Shown here: piece by piece, positions 54,017 to 64,000 of the stretch
Numbering within the stretch: position 1 is the stretch's first letter
Layout of the letters: each line of letters starts with the position of its first letter
From: an uncultured Alphaproteobacteria bacterium
Lineage (GTDB): Bacteria; Pseudomonadota; Alphaproteobacteria; CAAHEQ01; UBA3637
Assembly: GCA_944392145.1 (NCBI GenBank)
Contig: CALXVS010000001.1
Coordinates: 11,502 to 75,501, forward strand
Direction: 5' to 3'
Length of the DNA: 64,000 nucleotides
Translations under genes and position numbers: made by a program
The notes under the pieces: model-generated
Databases searched by the model: none
What the model saw: only the letters and a program-made list of their open reading frames with translations
What the model was told of the DNA's origin: nothing

Positions 54017-55633
54017 ATGATCAACGTTTTTTCATTTTTTTTACAGCCTTTCACACGAGGCATATCGTTTTTTTCATTTAATATAATCTATACCGCCGTT
54101 GTGTTGGGAATAGCGAATCTGACTTTTTTCAAAGCGTTATTTAAAGCGACTGCCCCTGAAGGATTTATCCTGTCGGCTGTGTGCTTTTTCTTGGCGTTTT
54201 TAAGTATACACGCCCTTTTGTTTTGGCGACCGGTGACCAAAATTTTGGCGGGCTTTTTCCTGATCGGTAACGCGGTTGCCTCGTATTTCATTTCAACATA
54301 TAATGTTTTATTGAATAAAACCATGTTGATGAACGTGGTGGATACAAATATGACCGAAGCTTGCGATTTTTTCAACGCCTCTTTCTTTGGTTATGTGTTT
54401 TGGGCGGGGGTGCTTCCCCTTATTTTATTGTTTTTCTTAAAAATCACATATGCTCCTTTTCCTAAAGAATTGGCAAAACGGCTTTTGTTAATTGCAATCA
54501 GTTTAAGTGTTATTGCCGGTGTGGCCTTACCACAAAAAAAAGAATTGAAAGTCTTTTTGCGCGAAAATTTTAATTTGCGCTATCAACTTGTCCCCACAAG
54601 CTATGTTTCATCCGCGATCGGTGTTTTTAACATCTTGTTTATAAAAAAAGCCGTCATTGATGATGTGACCAAAGGATTTTACGCCACCCGTTATTGGAAA
54701 CAGGACGGCAAAAAGAATCTGATTGTCTTTGTGTTGGGGGAATCAGCACGCGATGCCAACTTTTCTTTAAGCGGATACAATCGCGATACCAACGCCCCTT
54801 TAACCCCTTATCTTAAAGATTTAATTGTGTTTCACAAAACTGTTTCTTGCGGTGTTGTGACACGCGTATCACTGCCCTGCATGTTCAGTCATTATAAACG
54901 AACGGAATTTCAAGATGACCGGATAACATATACCGAAAACGTGCTGGATTTAATCAAACGAGCGGGATATAACGTAACCTGGATTGAAAATGAAATCGGA
55001 TGCAGTAAAGTCTGCCGCCGGATTGAAACGCTTTACACGTGTCAGGATCGTGATTGTTACGATGAAAGGTTAAATGATGCGTTTAAAGCCGCTGTTCCCA
55101 ACCTTGATAACGATGCTGTTTTTGTATTGCATCAGCGCGGATCACACGGCACGTTATATCATCAGCGATACCCCCAAGCATTTGAGCGTTATTCCCCCGT
55201 CTGTCAAACCGGTGATATCGGCCGCTGCCGATACGACGAATTGGTCAATGCTTATGATAACACTCTTTATTACACAAGTTTTCTTTTGGCCGATTTAATG
55301 GCGTATTTAAGCACCCTGACCGACCGATTTAATCCGGTTTTAATTTATATATCGGATCATGGCGAATCATTGGGGGAAGAACGCATTATGTTGCATGGCG
55401 GTGATTGGGAAGATGCACCCGATTATCAAAAACAGGTTCCCTTTTTAATTTGGATGCCGGCCGAATCGCGTGCCGCGTTCGGATTAAATCAAGCCTGCCT
55501 GACCAATCAAACCGCCACACAACGCTCGCATGATTACATCTTTCATTCACTGCTGGGATTAAGCGGCGTGTTTGTGGATGTATATGATAAAACGCTTGAT
55601 TTGTTCACGCCCTGTCGCGAACAAATGCCTTAA
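54017..55633 (+). CDS. eptA: Phosphoethanolamine--lipid A transferase (EptA/sulfatase family)
   Basis: 538 aa with an N-terminal 5-TM domain (DUF1705-like) and a periplasmic sulfatase domain (VLGESARDANFSLSGY, ISDHGESLGE). Confidence 0.85.
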   Translation: MINVFSFFLQPFTRGISFFSFNIIYTAVVLGIANLTFFKALFKATAPEGFILSAVCFFLAFLSIHALLFWRPVTKILAGFFLIGNAVASYFISTYNVLLNKTMLMNVVDTNMTEACDFFNASFFGYVFWAGVLPLILLFFLKITYAPFPKELAKRLLLIAISLSVIAGVALPQKKELKVFLRENFNLRYQLVPTSYVSSAIGVFNILFIKKAVIDDVTKGFYATRYWKQDGKKNLIVFVLGESARDANFSLSGYNRDTNAPLTPYLKDLIVFHKTVSCGVVTRVSLPCMFSHYKRTEFQDDRITYTENVLDLIKRAGYNVTWIENEIGCSKVCRRIETLYTCQDRDCYDERLNDAFKAAVPNLDNDAVFVLHQRGSHGTLYHQRYPQAFERYSPVCQTGDIGRCRYDELVNAYDNTLYYTSFLLADLMAYLSTLTDRFNPVLIYISDHGESLGEERIMLHGGDWEDAPDYQKQVPFLIWMPAESRAAFGLNQACLTNQTATQRSHDYIFHSLLGLSGVFVDVYDKTLDLFTPCREQMP

Positions 55634-55637
55634 ACAC

Positions 55638-56411
55638 CTATTGCGTCGTCGTTGCAATCAGGTTTTCCAACGCCTGCACCCCGCAAACGACCGGGCGCAT
55701 ACCAGCCTCAATTTGATACAAGCCCAAGGGTGAAACACGCTGAAGATTACCTTCTAAATCGGTGCAGGTATTTTCCGTAACATGTCCGTTTTCATAGGTT
55801 ACACGGGCAACCGTATTACCGTTTTGATCATATAAAAGAACCTGACCGTCTATCACCCCGTTTGTATAGGGGAGAACCGATCGCAAATTTCCCCGCGTGT
55901 CATAGCGTTTTTGAACACCGTTCCGCTGCCCGTTTTCATAGTGTTCGGTCACATGAACGTTTTGATTGTCATGATACATGACCGCCTCCCCTTCCCGCTG
56001 CCCGTTTTGATAGGTCAGTCGCATTTTAACATTGCCGTTCGGAAAATATGTTTGCACCACACCGTTGATGCGACCGTCCTGATACGGGATATCTGCCAAC
56101 AGGGAACCGCTCCTGTAAAAAAAGCGCACGGAACCGTTTAAATGATGATTGACAACGGGAAATTTCACAAAGGCGGAATGATTGTTATAAAAAAATGTTT
56201 GCTCCTTATTCTGATTTAAATCCGGTACCGGCATATTCCCCAACCATCCGGATTGTGCCAGTTCCGTTTGCACCGCCGCCAAAACCGGCCGTTGGGTCAG
56301 ATCGTAAAAAACATCCTGCCCGTAAAGAATATCATACGGAATGGCGGCCGACTGTGCCCAAGCACCAGACGCTGCCATCCCGAATAAAAAAACCGGTAAA
56401 AAGAGTTTCAT
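55638..56411 (-). CDS. Secreted MORN-variant repeat protein (YwqK-family-like)
   Basis: Signal peptide MKLFLPVFLFGMAASGAWA, then repeated units of the form Y-x-NG-x-(R/I)-x-G such as YQDGRINGVVQTYFPNGN, YQNGQREGEAVMYHDN, YENGQRNGVQKRYD. Confidence 0.7.
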   Translation of the reverse strand: MKLFLPVFLFGMAASGAWAQSAAIPYDILYGQDVFYDLTQRPVLAAVQTELAQSGWLGNMPVPDLNQNKEQTFFYNNHSAFVKFPVVNHHLNGSVRFFYRSGSLLADIPYQDGRINGVVQTYFPNGNVKMRLTYQNGQREGEAVMYHDNQNVHVTEHYENGQRNGVQKRYDTRGNLRSVLPYTNGVIDGQVLLYDQNGNTVARVTYENGHVTENTCTDLEGNLQRVSPLGLYQIEAGMRPVVCGVQALENLIATTTQ

Positions 56412-56526
56412 CTGTTTTTTTAAATAGTGAAACCACCGACAAAAATCAAGCCCGCTTGACAGATGTTAAAATCATGATAATATGCTTAAAAAACATAATC
56501 TCTGTCAAAAAAAGGCAAAAATACAC

Positions 56527-58884
56527 ATGAAACGATACATAACACTTTTTTTAATGGTTTTGTGTTTAGGGTTCGGCACACCGCTTGCGGCCGCCGAAAC
56601 AGCTGCACCGGATGTCGGGTCTTTGGAAAAGCAAATAGACACGGTTCGGCGGGAAGTCACCAAAACCGAAACATCGCGAAACTTGTCGGACTTTATCACA
56701 CAACTCAGTACCATTCAAGACGGCCTTATTTTGTTAAAAAATCAGGCACAGGAACAACTTGAAACCATCAATAAAAAATTACAAGCCCTGGGTGATGCAC
56801 CGACCGATAATCAAACCGAGCCGGCACAATTGGCGACACAACGCCGCACCTTAAATAAAGAGCAAACCGATACAAAAGCCCTTTTGGCCCGGGCCGACCT
56901 GGCATTGGCCAAAATTGATGAAATCAACGGACAAATTGTGCGCAAGCGCACCGCCGCATTGGTATCTATGTTGACCTATCGGCAACAACCGATTTGGGAT
57001 GTTAAAAATTTTGGATCTTCCCTTATGGGATTTTGGGCCTTTTTTTACGACGTATTAACTTCTCCCGCCGATTGGTATCGGGCACTGGATGCCGAAAAAC
57101 GCGATTTGCTGAAAAGTCGCGGCATTGATACGCTCTTTTTGATCGGATTCGGTCTTGTCGTTGCATTCTTTTTAAGTGTGCTGATTCGGCGGTATTTCGG
57201 CTATCGCACAACACCGCAAGCCCCGACCTATGCCCAAAAAACAACCAGCGCCTTAATGATGTTCATGGCCCGTGCCGTTATTCCGGCCGCAATTTTAGGA
57301 GCCGGTTTATTCTTTTTATATCAGCATCAGGATTTTGTAAACGGCCCGTTCGGGATTTCGTTACGCCTCACGTTGATTTATGCTTTGTATTTCCTTATCT
57401 GCGGTGTCGGCATCAGTGTTTTGTTACTGCCCCGTCATCCGGCCTGGCGATTGATTGAGGTATCGGATCAAACCGCCCGCCGTTTAAGTGTCTCCCTGTT
57501 ATCGGCCGTCTTTTTAATCGGATTATTTTCTTACTTTCACACATTGGCGGTTTTGCTTAATCAAACACCGGATGTTCTATATGCCTTACGCGTTTTAAGT
57601 AATGCGGCCAAAGCCGGATGCATTGCTTTTGTTGCCGCACAGTTTGTTTTTCCATCGGCCCCTGCATCCGGCACAACCGATACAACATCACACCCGTTCG
57701 GGTTTGTTTCCAAAACGGCGATTTTTTTAATTTTTGCCGCGGCCGTTGTATTTGCCTTTACCGTATTCGGATACATTCGGTTAAGCGAATTTATTTTAGA
57801 CCGGTTTTTATTTTCTGTTTTGGTTCTGGGTATTTTTTACATCATTCGGCAGTTTTTATTGGGCCTGTTTCACCACGTGGCAACCCGCACCTTTTGGCGC
57901 AACAGATTGAACCTGTCGGATCGGTTGATCAGACAAACGGAATTTTGGATCGGGCTTCTTTTGACACCGATTTTACTGATTGTCTGCGGCCTAATTTTAA
58001 TGGCGGTATGGGGGGCCTCGGTTGATGTCTTGCTTCAAAATACCAAAAAGTTTTTAACGGGCTTTGACATCGGCGGGATGCACATTTCCATTGTTTCAAT
58101 TATTTTGGGGATTGTAACATTCTTTATCTGCTTGGCCCTGATTCGTGTGTTTAAGGCCAGCCTGCTTACCGGACGCCTGCAATACATCAGTCCCGATGCC
58201 AACATCCGCAGTTCGTTGGCGGCAGGGGCCGGTTTTTTCGGCATTGTGCTGTCCGTGTTATTCAGCATTGCCGTCATGGGGGGCAGTTTGCAGGGTATCG
58301 CGTTAATTGCCGGCGGATTATCCATCGGGGCCGGATTGGGGCTTCAAAACGTTATCAACAACTTTGTTTCGGGCCTGATTTTATTATTTGAACGCCCGAT
58401 TAAAATCGGCGATATCGTTAATATCAACGGATATGAAGGAACCGTTCGTCAAATCAACATGCGTTCAACGCAGGTGGAATTATGGAACCGCTCCAACGTG
58501 ATTATCCCCAACGCCGATATTTTATCGCAAAGCGTCGTCAACATGACCTATAAAAACCGCATGGCACGCGCGGACATTACCATTGACGTTGATTGGGACA
58601 GTAATCCGGCCGTGGTGGAACAACTGTTATTGGATATCACACGCTCTGTGGATAACGTTGCGGCATTCCCCGAACCGTTTGTCGTTTTTTCGGATATTGC
58701 CGAAGGGCGCTTGCGGTTTCAGGTCAGCTGTTATACCGCCGATATTTCAAACCGAATCGGCATTTCAAATAAAATTCGTGCAGGTATTTTAACACGTTTT
58801 AAAGAAGCCGGCATATCCCTGTTCGTTCCGCAACGTGTTATTTCCGTGCAAAATAATTCAACTGATGGAGAAAAACCGCTGTGA
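56527..58884 (+). CDS. Mechanosensitive ion channel, MscK/KefA-like large MscS-family protein
   Basis: Signal peptide, periplasmic coiled coil, multiple TM segments, and the MscS core GLGLQNVINNFVSGLILLFERPIKIGDIV. I prefer the start at ATG 56527. Confidence 0.88.
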   Translation: MKRYITLFLMVLCLGFGTPLAAAETAAPDVGSLEKQIDTVRREVTKTETSRNLSDFITQLSTIQDGLILLKNQAQEQLETINKKLQALGDAPTDNQTEPAQLATQRRTLNKEQTDTKALLARADLALAKIDEINGQIVRKRTAALVSMLTYRQQPIWDVKNFGSSLMGFWAFFYDVLTSPADWYRALDAEKRDLLKSRGIDTLFLIGFGLVVAFFLSVLIRRYFGYRTTPQAPTYAQKTTSALMMFMARAVIPAAILGAGLFFLYQHQDFVNGPFGISLRLTLIYALYFLICGVGISVLLLPRHPAWRLIEVSDQTARRLSVSLLSAVFLIGLFSYFHTLAVLLNQTPDVLYALRVLSNAAKAGCIAFVAAQFVFPSAPASGTTDTTSHPFGFVSKTAIFLIFAAAVVFAFTVFGYIRLSEFILDRFLFSVLVLGIFYIIRQFLLGLFHHVATRTFWRNRLNLSDRLIRQTEFWIGLLLTPILLIVCGLILMAVWGASVDVLLQNTKKFLTGFDIGGMHISIVSIILGIVTFFICLALIRVFKASLLTGRLQYISPDANIRSSLAAGAGFFGIVLSVLFSIAVMGGSLQGIALIAGGLSIGAGLGLQNVINNFVSGLILLFERPIKIGDIVNINGYEGTVRQINMRSTQVELWNRSNVIIPNADILSQSVVNMTYKNRMARADITIDVDWDSNPAVVEQLLLDITRSVDNVAAFPEPFVVFSDIAEGRLRFQVSCYTADISNRIGISNKIRAGILTRFKEAGISLFVPQRVISVQNNSTDGEKPL

Positions 58885-59594
58885 CAAAACCGCTGATCGG
58901 CATTGTGGCCAAAGAAAAAGATATTCGCTTTCACGGGTGGAGCGTCAACACCACCAGCAACGAACTGCGCGCGGCATTGGTTGCGGCCGGCGCGCGGGTA
59001 ATTGCCCTGTTACCACCGCACCACAAGCGGTTTATCACACCGTTTCCCGATGCAGAAATCCTCTCTCCCGCAGAACAATCGGATTTAAACGAAACATTAT
59101 CCTTATGCGACGGCGTGGTCTTACAAGGCGGCACCGCCGTCTTTCGGTATGAAGAAGCCGTTGTGTTACAGGCTCTGTCTTTAAAAATACCGTTTTTGGG
59201 AATCTGTGCGGGATTAAACACCATGGCGCGCGCCGTCGGCGGGCGGGCTGATTTAATCCCCGAACCGCACAACCACTATCACCCCGAACAACAAACGACA
59301 CATGATATACACTTAACCCCCGATTCATTATTGGCTCGCATCGTCGGACAAACACACTTTTCAGTCAACAGCATTCACCACAACACCGTTTACGACACGG
59401 GCCTTTACCGTCCCGTCGGCACAACGCCCGACGGCTTAACGGAAGCCGTTGAGGGGCCTGCCGACACATTCCATATCGGCGTCCATTTCCACCCCGAATT
59501 GGATTGGGAAACAAACCCACCCTCTGCCCGATTGTTCCGCGCCTTTGTCACCGCCGCCGATGAATACAGAAGGGGAAAGGGATGCCAGATTTAA
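58881..59594 (+). CDS. Class I glutamine amidotransferase-like peptidase C26 (gamma-glutamyl-GABA hydrolase PuuD-like)
   Basis: Nucleophile elbow FLGICAGLN and the HFHPE His/Glu motif. The GTG start overlaps the channel stop. Confidence 0.75.
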   Translation: MTKPLIGIVAKEKDIRFHGWSVNTTSNELRAALVAAGARVIALLPPHHKRFITPFPDAEILSPAEQSDLNETLSLCDGVVLQGGTAVFRYEEAVVLQALSLKIPFLGICAGLNTMARAVGGRADLIPEPHNHYHPEQQTTHDIHLTPDSLLARIVGQTHFSVNSIHHNTVYDTGLYRPVGTTPDGLTEAVEGPADTFHIGVHFHPELDWETNPPSARLFRAFVTAADEYRRGKGCQI

Positions 59595-59908
59595 AAGGAA
59601 TCCCTTTCTTCCATTAATATACTTTTATAATTATGTTCACAGATTCAATAAAAACCATTATCATATAACAACAGCAATGACTTAAGCATTTACACAATTA
59701 TAATCTGTTTGTAATTAAACAGAAAATTGTTACTTAAAGCTTTGGATGAATTTTTCGATTCGGATATTTTAAGGAAAAATAAAACTATACCCCCCAAAAA
59801 AACATTTTTTTGGGGGTAACTTATCCGAAATAAATCTTTTTAATACGACTTAAACAACGGTTTCCCTTGCAGGGGGTATTTTTAAAAATGTAATTCATTT
59901 ATAACAAA

Positions 59909-59940
59909 CCCCCGCCGGGGAGGAGCCAAGCGGGGGTTTT
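59909..59940. terminator. Intrinsic terminator downstream of pnp (works in both directions)
   Basis: cccccgc-N14-gcggggg followed by tttt on the + strand. On the - strand it is followed by tttgtt. It lies 14 nt after the pnp stop. Confidence 0.7.
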
Positions 59941-59953
59941 GAAAACGAAAAAA

Positions 59954-62110
59954 TTATTCGGCGGGTGCCTCTTCCTTTTTCCGTTTTTCACGAGGTTCAT
60001 GCGGTATTTCCGCACCGGTTTCCTGATCAATGTATTTCATTGACAGTTTTACCTTACCCCGGTTGTCCATGCCGATGCATTTAACTTTGACGGTATCGCC
60101 TTCGTGCAATACATCGGTCACTTTTTCAATGCGGTGCGGTGCGATTTCAGAGATATGAACCAATCCGTCACGGCTGCCCATAAAGTTGACAAAGGCACCG
60201 AATTCCATAATCTTGACGACTTTACCGTCATAAATCTGACCGACTTCAGGTTCCGATACAATGTCTTTAATCCACGCCAACGCTTTTTCGCCGCTGTCGC
60301 CGGAAACGGACGCGATTTTGACCAATCCTTCATCGTCAATATCAATTTTTGCACCCGTTTTTTCCACGATTTCGCGAATCACTTTACCGCCCGTGCCAAT
60401 CACATCACGGATTTTGTCTTTGTCAATTTGCAATGAAATAATCCGCGGTGCGTTCGGACTTAATGTGTCGCGGGGGGCTGCCAATGTTTCGGCCATTTTG
60501 TTCAAGATAAACATCCGGCCTTCTTTGGCTTGCTTTAACGCGGTTTCCATAATTTCCTTTGTAATGGATGTAATTTTAATATCCATTTGTAAGGCTGTCA
60601 CACCGTCTTTGGTGCCCGCCACTTTAAAGTCCATATCGCCCAGGTGATCTTCATCCCCTAAAATATCGGATAAAACAACAAATTGATCTTGTTCTTTAAT
60701 CAGCCCCATGGCAATACCGGCCACCGGTTTTTTCATCGGAACACCCGCATCCATTAACGCCAATGTGGATCCGCACACCGTTGCCATAGATGATGATCCG
60801 TTTGATTCCATAATTTCCGATACAACCCGAATGGTATAGGGAAATTCCTCTTTACTGGGAATCATCGCATGCAGCGCGCGCCAGGCCAATTTACCGTGCC
60901 CGATTTCACGCCGCCCCGGCGATCCCAACCGCCCCACTTCACCGACCGAATACGGCGGGAAGTTATAGTGTAACAAAAACGGTTCCTTATATTCACCGGT
61001 CAAGGCATCAATAATCTGCTCATCTTCACCGGTGCCCAGTGTTGCGGTTACCATCGCTTGCGTTTCCCCACGGGTGAACAGAGCCGACCCGTGTGTTTTG
61101 GGCAATAGTCCGACTTCCGTTTCAATCACGCGAATTGTTTTTGTGTCACGCCCGTCAATACGAATGCCCGTGTTTAACACTTCATCCCGCATAATACGCG
61201 CTTCCAACGCATGGAAAACCTTATCGCACACGGCGTCTTCATCGGGGCGTTCGGTAAACAAAGCATGCGCCTTTTCCCGCACGGCATCAATCGCGGCCAA
61301 GCGTTCCAGTTTAACACGAATACGATAGGCGGCCTTTAACTCCTCCCCTAATTTTTCCAAAATTTCCTGACGTGCTGTTTCATAGGCAACAGGCTCTTCT
61401 TTCACCGGCCAGGGTTCTTTGGCGCATTCTTCAGCCAAGGCAATAATCATTTCAATCACGGGCTTTAATTGCTCGTGCCCGAATGATACGGCACCCAGCA
61501 TCACTTCCTCGGATAATTCCTTTGCCTCGGATTCAACCATTAACACACCTTCCATCGTGCCGGCGACCATTAAGTCCAGCGCGGTCTGTTTCATTTGACC
61601 GATTTCCGGATTCAATACATATTGCCCGTCAATGTATCCGACACGCGCCCCGGCAATCGGGCCCAAAAACGGAATACCCGACAACGTCAGTGCCGCCGAT
61701 GCAGCAATCATGGCCGGCACGTCGGGTTGGGTTTTTAAATCATGGCTGATTAACGTTACAGTCACTTGTGTTTCGTTGTTAAACCCTTTAACAAACAAGG
61801 GGCGAATCGGGCGGTCAATCAAACGTGATGTTAATACTTCGGCCTCACTGGGTTTGCCCTCGCGTTTAAAAAATCCCCCCGGAATCCGACCGCCCGCATA
61901 GGCTTTTTCTTGATAATTAACGGTCAGCGGAATAAAATCTTCAAATGTATCAGGTGCTTTTTTGGACGCACACACGGCAGCATGCACCACGGTTTCTCCA
62001 TAGCGCACAATCACGGCACCGTCGGCTTGACGTGAAATTTTTCCCGTTTCAATGCAAAGCGGTTTGCCGCCCCACATCATTTCTTTTTTAAATGTTTTAA
62101 AAATGGTCAT
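59954..62110 (-). CDS. pnp: Polyribonucleotide nucleotidyltransferase (PNPase)
   Basis: Two RNase PH domains, a KH domain (GGKVIREI) and an S1 domain ([18 protein letters not shown]). I prefer the start at [10 protein letters not shown] (62110). Confidence 0.95.
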   Translation of the reverse strand: MTIFKTFKKEMMWGGKPLCIETGKISRQADGAVIVRYGETVVHAAVCASKKAPDTFEDFIPLTVNYQEKAYAGGRIPGGFFKREGKPSEAEVLTSRLIDRPIRPLFVKGFNNETQVTVTLISHDLKTQPDVPAMIAASAALTLSGIPFLGPIAGARVGYIDGQYVLNPEIGQMKQTALDLMVAGTMEGVLMVESEAKELSEEVMLGAVSFGHEQLKPVIEMIIALAEECAKEPWPVKEEPVAYETARQEILEKLGEELKAAYRIRVKLERLAAIDAVREKAHALFTERPDEDAVCDKVFHALEARIMRDEVLNTGIRIDGRDTKTIRVIETEVGLLPKTHGSALFTRGETQAMVTATLGTGEDEQIIDALTGEYKEPFLLHYNFPPYSVGEVGRLGSPGRREIGHGKLAWRALHAMIPSKEEFPYTIRVVSEIMESNGSSSMATVCGSTLALMDAGVPMKKPVAGIAMGLIKEQDQFVVLSDILGDEDHLGDMDFKVAGTKDGVTALQMDIKITSITKEIMETALKQAKEGRMFILNKMAETLAAPRDTLSPNAPRIISLQIDKDKIRDVIGTGGKVIREIVEKTGAKIDIDDEGLVKIASVSGDSGEKALAWIKDIVSEPEVGQIYDGKVVKIMEFGAFVNFMGSRDGLVHISEIAPHRIEKVTDVLHEGDTVKVKCIGMDNRGKVKLSMKYIDQETGAEIPHEPREKRKKEEAPAE

Positions 62111-62140
62111 ATTTTCTTCTTCCTTCAAATACAAACGTCA

Positions 62141-62168
62141 AGGGAGGGAATTTTAACGTTCCCTCCCT
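62141..62168 (-). promoter_or_regulatory. rpsO terminator / pnp leader stem-loop
   Basis: agggagggaa-ttttaacg-ttccctccct is a perfect 10-bp stem in the rpsO-pnp spacer. In E. coli the equivalent hairpin is the RNase III-processed autoregulatory site (established knowledge). Its function here is inferred. Confidence 0.6.
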
Positions 62169-62178
62169 GATCAAAGAA

Positions 62179-62448
62179 CTATTTACGCAAGTTCAGGCGG
62201 GTAATTAAAGCATCATACCGTTTCGGATCCTGATTTTTCACATATTTCAGTAACTTACGCCGATTGGCGACCATTTTCAACAACCCGCGGCGGGAGTGAA
62301 AATCCTTGACATGTGTTTTCATGTGTTCCGACAGGGCCACAATTTTTTCCGTTAAAACGGCGATTTGAACTTCCGGTGAACCGGTGTCCCCTTCTTTAAT
62401 GGCAAAATCGGCAATTACCTGTTGCTTTTTTTCTTTTGTCAACGACAT
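62179..62448 (-). CDS. rpsO: 30S ribosomal protein S15
   Basis: 89 aa. [17 protein letters not shown]...HLKTH.KD.HSRRGLL pattern. Confidence 0.95.
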   Translation of the reverse strand: MSLTKEKKQQVIADFAIKEGDTGSPEVQIAVLTEKIVALSEHMKTHVKDFHSRRGLLKMVANRRKLLKYVKNQDPKRYDALITRLNLRK

Positions 62449-62462
62449 CGTTTGATCCTTTC

Positions 62463-63380
62463 TTAAATAGTTGTCGTAAAAATGCGCAGCGGACGAATCG
62501 CCCCGCTGACGCTGTGCACAAGCGCAACCAATTGATTGGAAAAAAACACTTTAAACACGGTATTTTCCGGCACACCGGTCGGATACTGCGTCATAAAAAG
62601 CTTTCGGGACAACGCTTGCCCCTGTATCAATCGGCGGATATCTTCCTCTTTAACGGCCAGAACCAAGATGTCGTCCAGTACGGTCTCAAGCGGCAATACC
62701 CATTGCGCCGTTTCCTTATACTCTGTTTTTTCACAAGTTGCAAGTAAAATCGCGTCCTGCACCCGAAACGGTCCGCATTTAAGGCGTCTTAAATGCGTGA
62801 TGTGTCCGTAACACCCCAATATGCGTCCCAAATCACGCCCCAGGGCGCGCACATAAGTTCCTTTACCGCACGTCACGCAAAAACGTGTGACCGCCGGTGT
62901 ATGCCTGCTTATTTCAAGGGATTTAATCAAAACAGGGCGTTCTTTTAACTCAACCGTTTGTCCTGCACGGGCCAGGTCATAGGCACGCTTTCCGTTGATT
63001 TTAAGGGCTGAATATGCCGGTGGCATTTGCATTACCTGCCCGATAAACCGCGGCAAAACCGATTCCAATTGTTCTTTCGTCGGCCGATTGGGGGAGGTAT
63101 ATGTTACGATTCCTTCCGCATCATCCGTATTCGTTTCGCTGCCCCATGTAACATCAAACTCGTATATTTTTTCACCGTCCATGGCATAAGGAATCAACCG
63201 GGTTGCTTTGCCCAGCGCAATCGGTAAAACACCGCTTGCCAAGGGGTCCAATGTGCCCGCATGCCCGATTTTCATGGGGTGCAACAACCGTTTTAAGGTG
63301 CTGACAACCTGCGTTGACCCCATGCCTTCAGGCTTGTCAATCACAAGCCACCCGTCAATCGCGTTTTTTTGAATCGCCAC
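62463..63380 (-). CDS. truB: tRNA pseudouridine(55) synthase TruB
   Basis: [34 protein letters not shown] (catalytic Asp motif). Confidence 0.93.
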   Translation of the reverse strand: MAIQKNAIDGWLVIDKPEGMGSTQVVSTLKRLLHPMKIGHAGTLDPLASGVLPIALGKATRLIPYAMDGEKIYEFDVTWGSETNTDDAEGIVTYTSPNRPTKEQLESVLPRFIGQVMQMPPAYSALKINGKRAYDLARAGQTVELKERPVLIKSLEISRHTPAVTRFCVTCGKGTYVRALGRDLGRILGCYGHITHLRRLKCGPFRVQDAILLATCEKTEYKETAQWVLPLETVLDDILVLAVKEEDIRRLIQGQALSRKLFMTQYPTGVPENTVFKVFFSNQLVALVHSVSGAIRPLRIFTTTI

Positions 63381-63402
63381 GGTTTATCCCCGCCCGATTT
63401 GT

Positions 63403-63819
63403 TTATGCATCATCCGATTCGTCCCGTTCGGCCGCCTGACGCACATCTGCCTGAACGGTCGGTGAATTTAATAAATCGGCAATATGTGTTACTTCATCAA
63501 AACTAAGGTCCGGTTTGAAAACCAATTCCGGCACCAGGCGCAACCGTATAGACTTACCCACCCGATACCGAAACGGTCCCTTATGGGCATTCAATAAATC
63601 AACTTGTTCTTGTGTATCCACAGGTGACATCGCACGCACAAATACACTGGCATAGGTTAAATCGGGACTGATCCGCACTTCTGTAATCATCAGGTAGGAC
63701 GCTTTTAACCCCTCAATAAACAAATCGTCTTGACTTAACATCCGCGCCAAAACATGGCGGATTTCTTCGGCGACGCGTAACTGCCGCTGTGACGGACCGG
63801 ATATTTGTGTTTTTTTCAT
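63403..63819 (-). CDS. rbfA: Ribosome-binding factor A
   Basis: QRQLRVAEEIRHVLARML...ITEVRISPDLTYASVFV. Confidence 0.9.
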   Translation of the reverse strand: MKKTQISGPSQRQLRVAEEIRHVLARMLSQDDLFIEGLKASYLMITEVRISPDLTYASVFVRAMSPVDTQEQVDLLNAHKGPFRYRVGKSIRLRLVPELVFKPDLSFDEVTHIADLLNSPTVQADVRQAAERDESDDA

Positions 63820-63829
63820 TTGCTCCCCT

Positions 63830-64000
63830 TTATAAATCCAATTTTACGGCGACCTGCTCCATTTCAAAGCACTCAATTGTATCTCCGACTTTTAAGTCGT
63901 CATAATTTTCAAAGCTCATGCCGCATTCAAAACCTTCTTTGACTTCTTTCACATCATCTTTAAAGCGTTTTAATTGCGATAAGGCGCCTTCGTGAATCAC
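63830..64000 (-). CDS. infB: Translation initiation factor IF-2, C-terminal end (gene continues past the right edge)
   Basis: Not in the ORF track because it is partial. Reverse translation reads ...[56 protein letters not shown], matching the IF-2 C-terminal consensus (LxRFKDDVxEV..GxECG). It also fits the infB-rbfA-truB synteny. Confidence 0.8.
   Translation of the reverse strand: MIHEGALSQLKRFKDDVKEVKEGFECGMSFENYDDLKVGDTIECFEMEQVAVKLDL

Overview
This is about 64 kb of an AT-rich alphaproteobacterial chromosome. I infer the lineage from hallmark genes: GapR/DUF2312, DUF1013 (TrcR-like), DUF4167, DUF1150 next to hsp20, and a CtrA-like regulator. A host-associated lifestyle is plausible but is only inference.

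Most of the window is densely packed housekeeping:
- An RND efflux pair, ileS (type 2), rnhB, an M16 peptidase and rsmE.
- dnaA-hsp20-DUF1150.
- An Mla/Pqi-like lipid-transport operon.
- ruvC-yebC, a ymdB-like gene with zapA, recR-ybaB and lepA.
- eno-kdsA-secG-tpiA.
- leuS, eptA and an MscK-like channel.
- The infB-rbfA-truB-rpsO-pnp block.
- Two tRNAs: Ser-GGA and Glu-CUC.

I saw no rRNA, CRISPR array, transposase, integrase or phage genes.

The standout signal is a family of three dispersed paralogous minus-strand genes at 10002..11435, 33624..35993 and 46037..48088.
- Each encodes a long basic leader followed by a type IV prepilin-like motif, LSETG|RSM(I/M)EMLGVLAI(I/V)GVLS, with Glu at +5.
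- A pilin-like head region follows, and then arrays of six-cysteine modules.
- Copy 1 ends instead in a lectin-like (DUF1566/CTLD-like) domain.
- Each gene carries its own conserved ~210 bp upstream cassette, with a paired ~20-nt motif 145 nt apart in copies 1 and 3 and 133 nt apart in copy 2, a terminator-like hairpin and a strong Shine-Dalgarno (SD) sequence.
- Copies 1 and 2 carry an in-frame palindromic insertion in the leader-coding region.
- No pilus or T2SS machinery gene lies in the window.

Secondary oddities:
- A CtrA homolog lacking the phospho-acceptor Asp and the conserved Lys.
- A fused RsbW-like kinase / receiver / PP2C phosphatase.
- A secreted Pro/Gln/Val-repeat protein.
- Several orphan proteins.

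All functional calls rest on my own reading of the translated ORFs and remembered family motifs. No database search was run.
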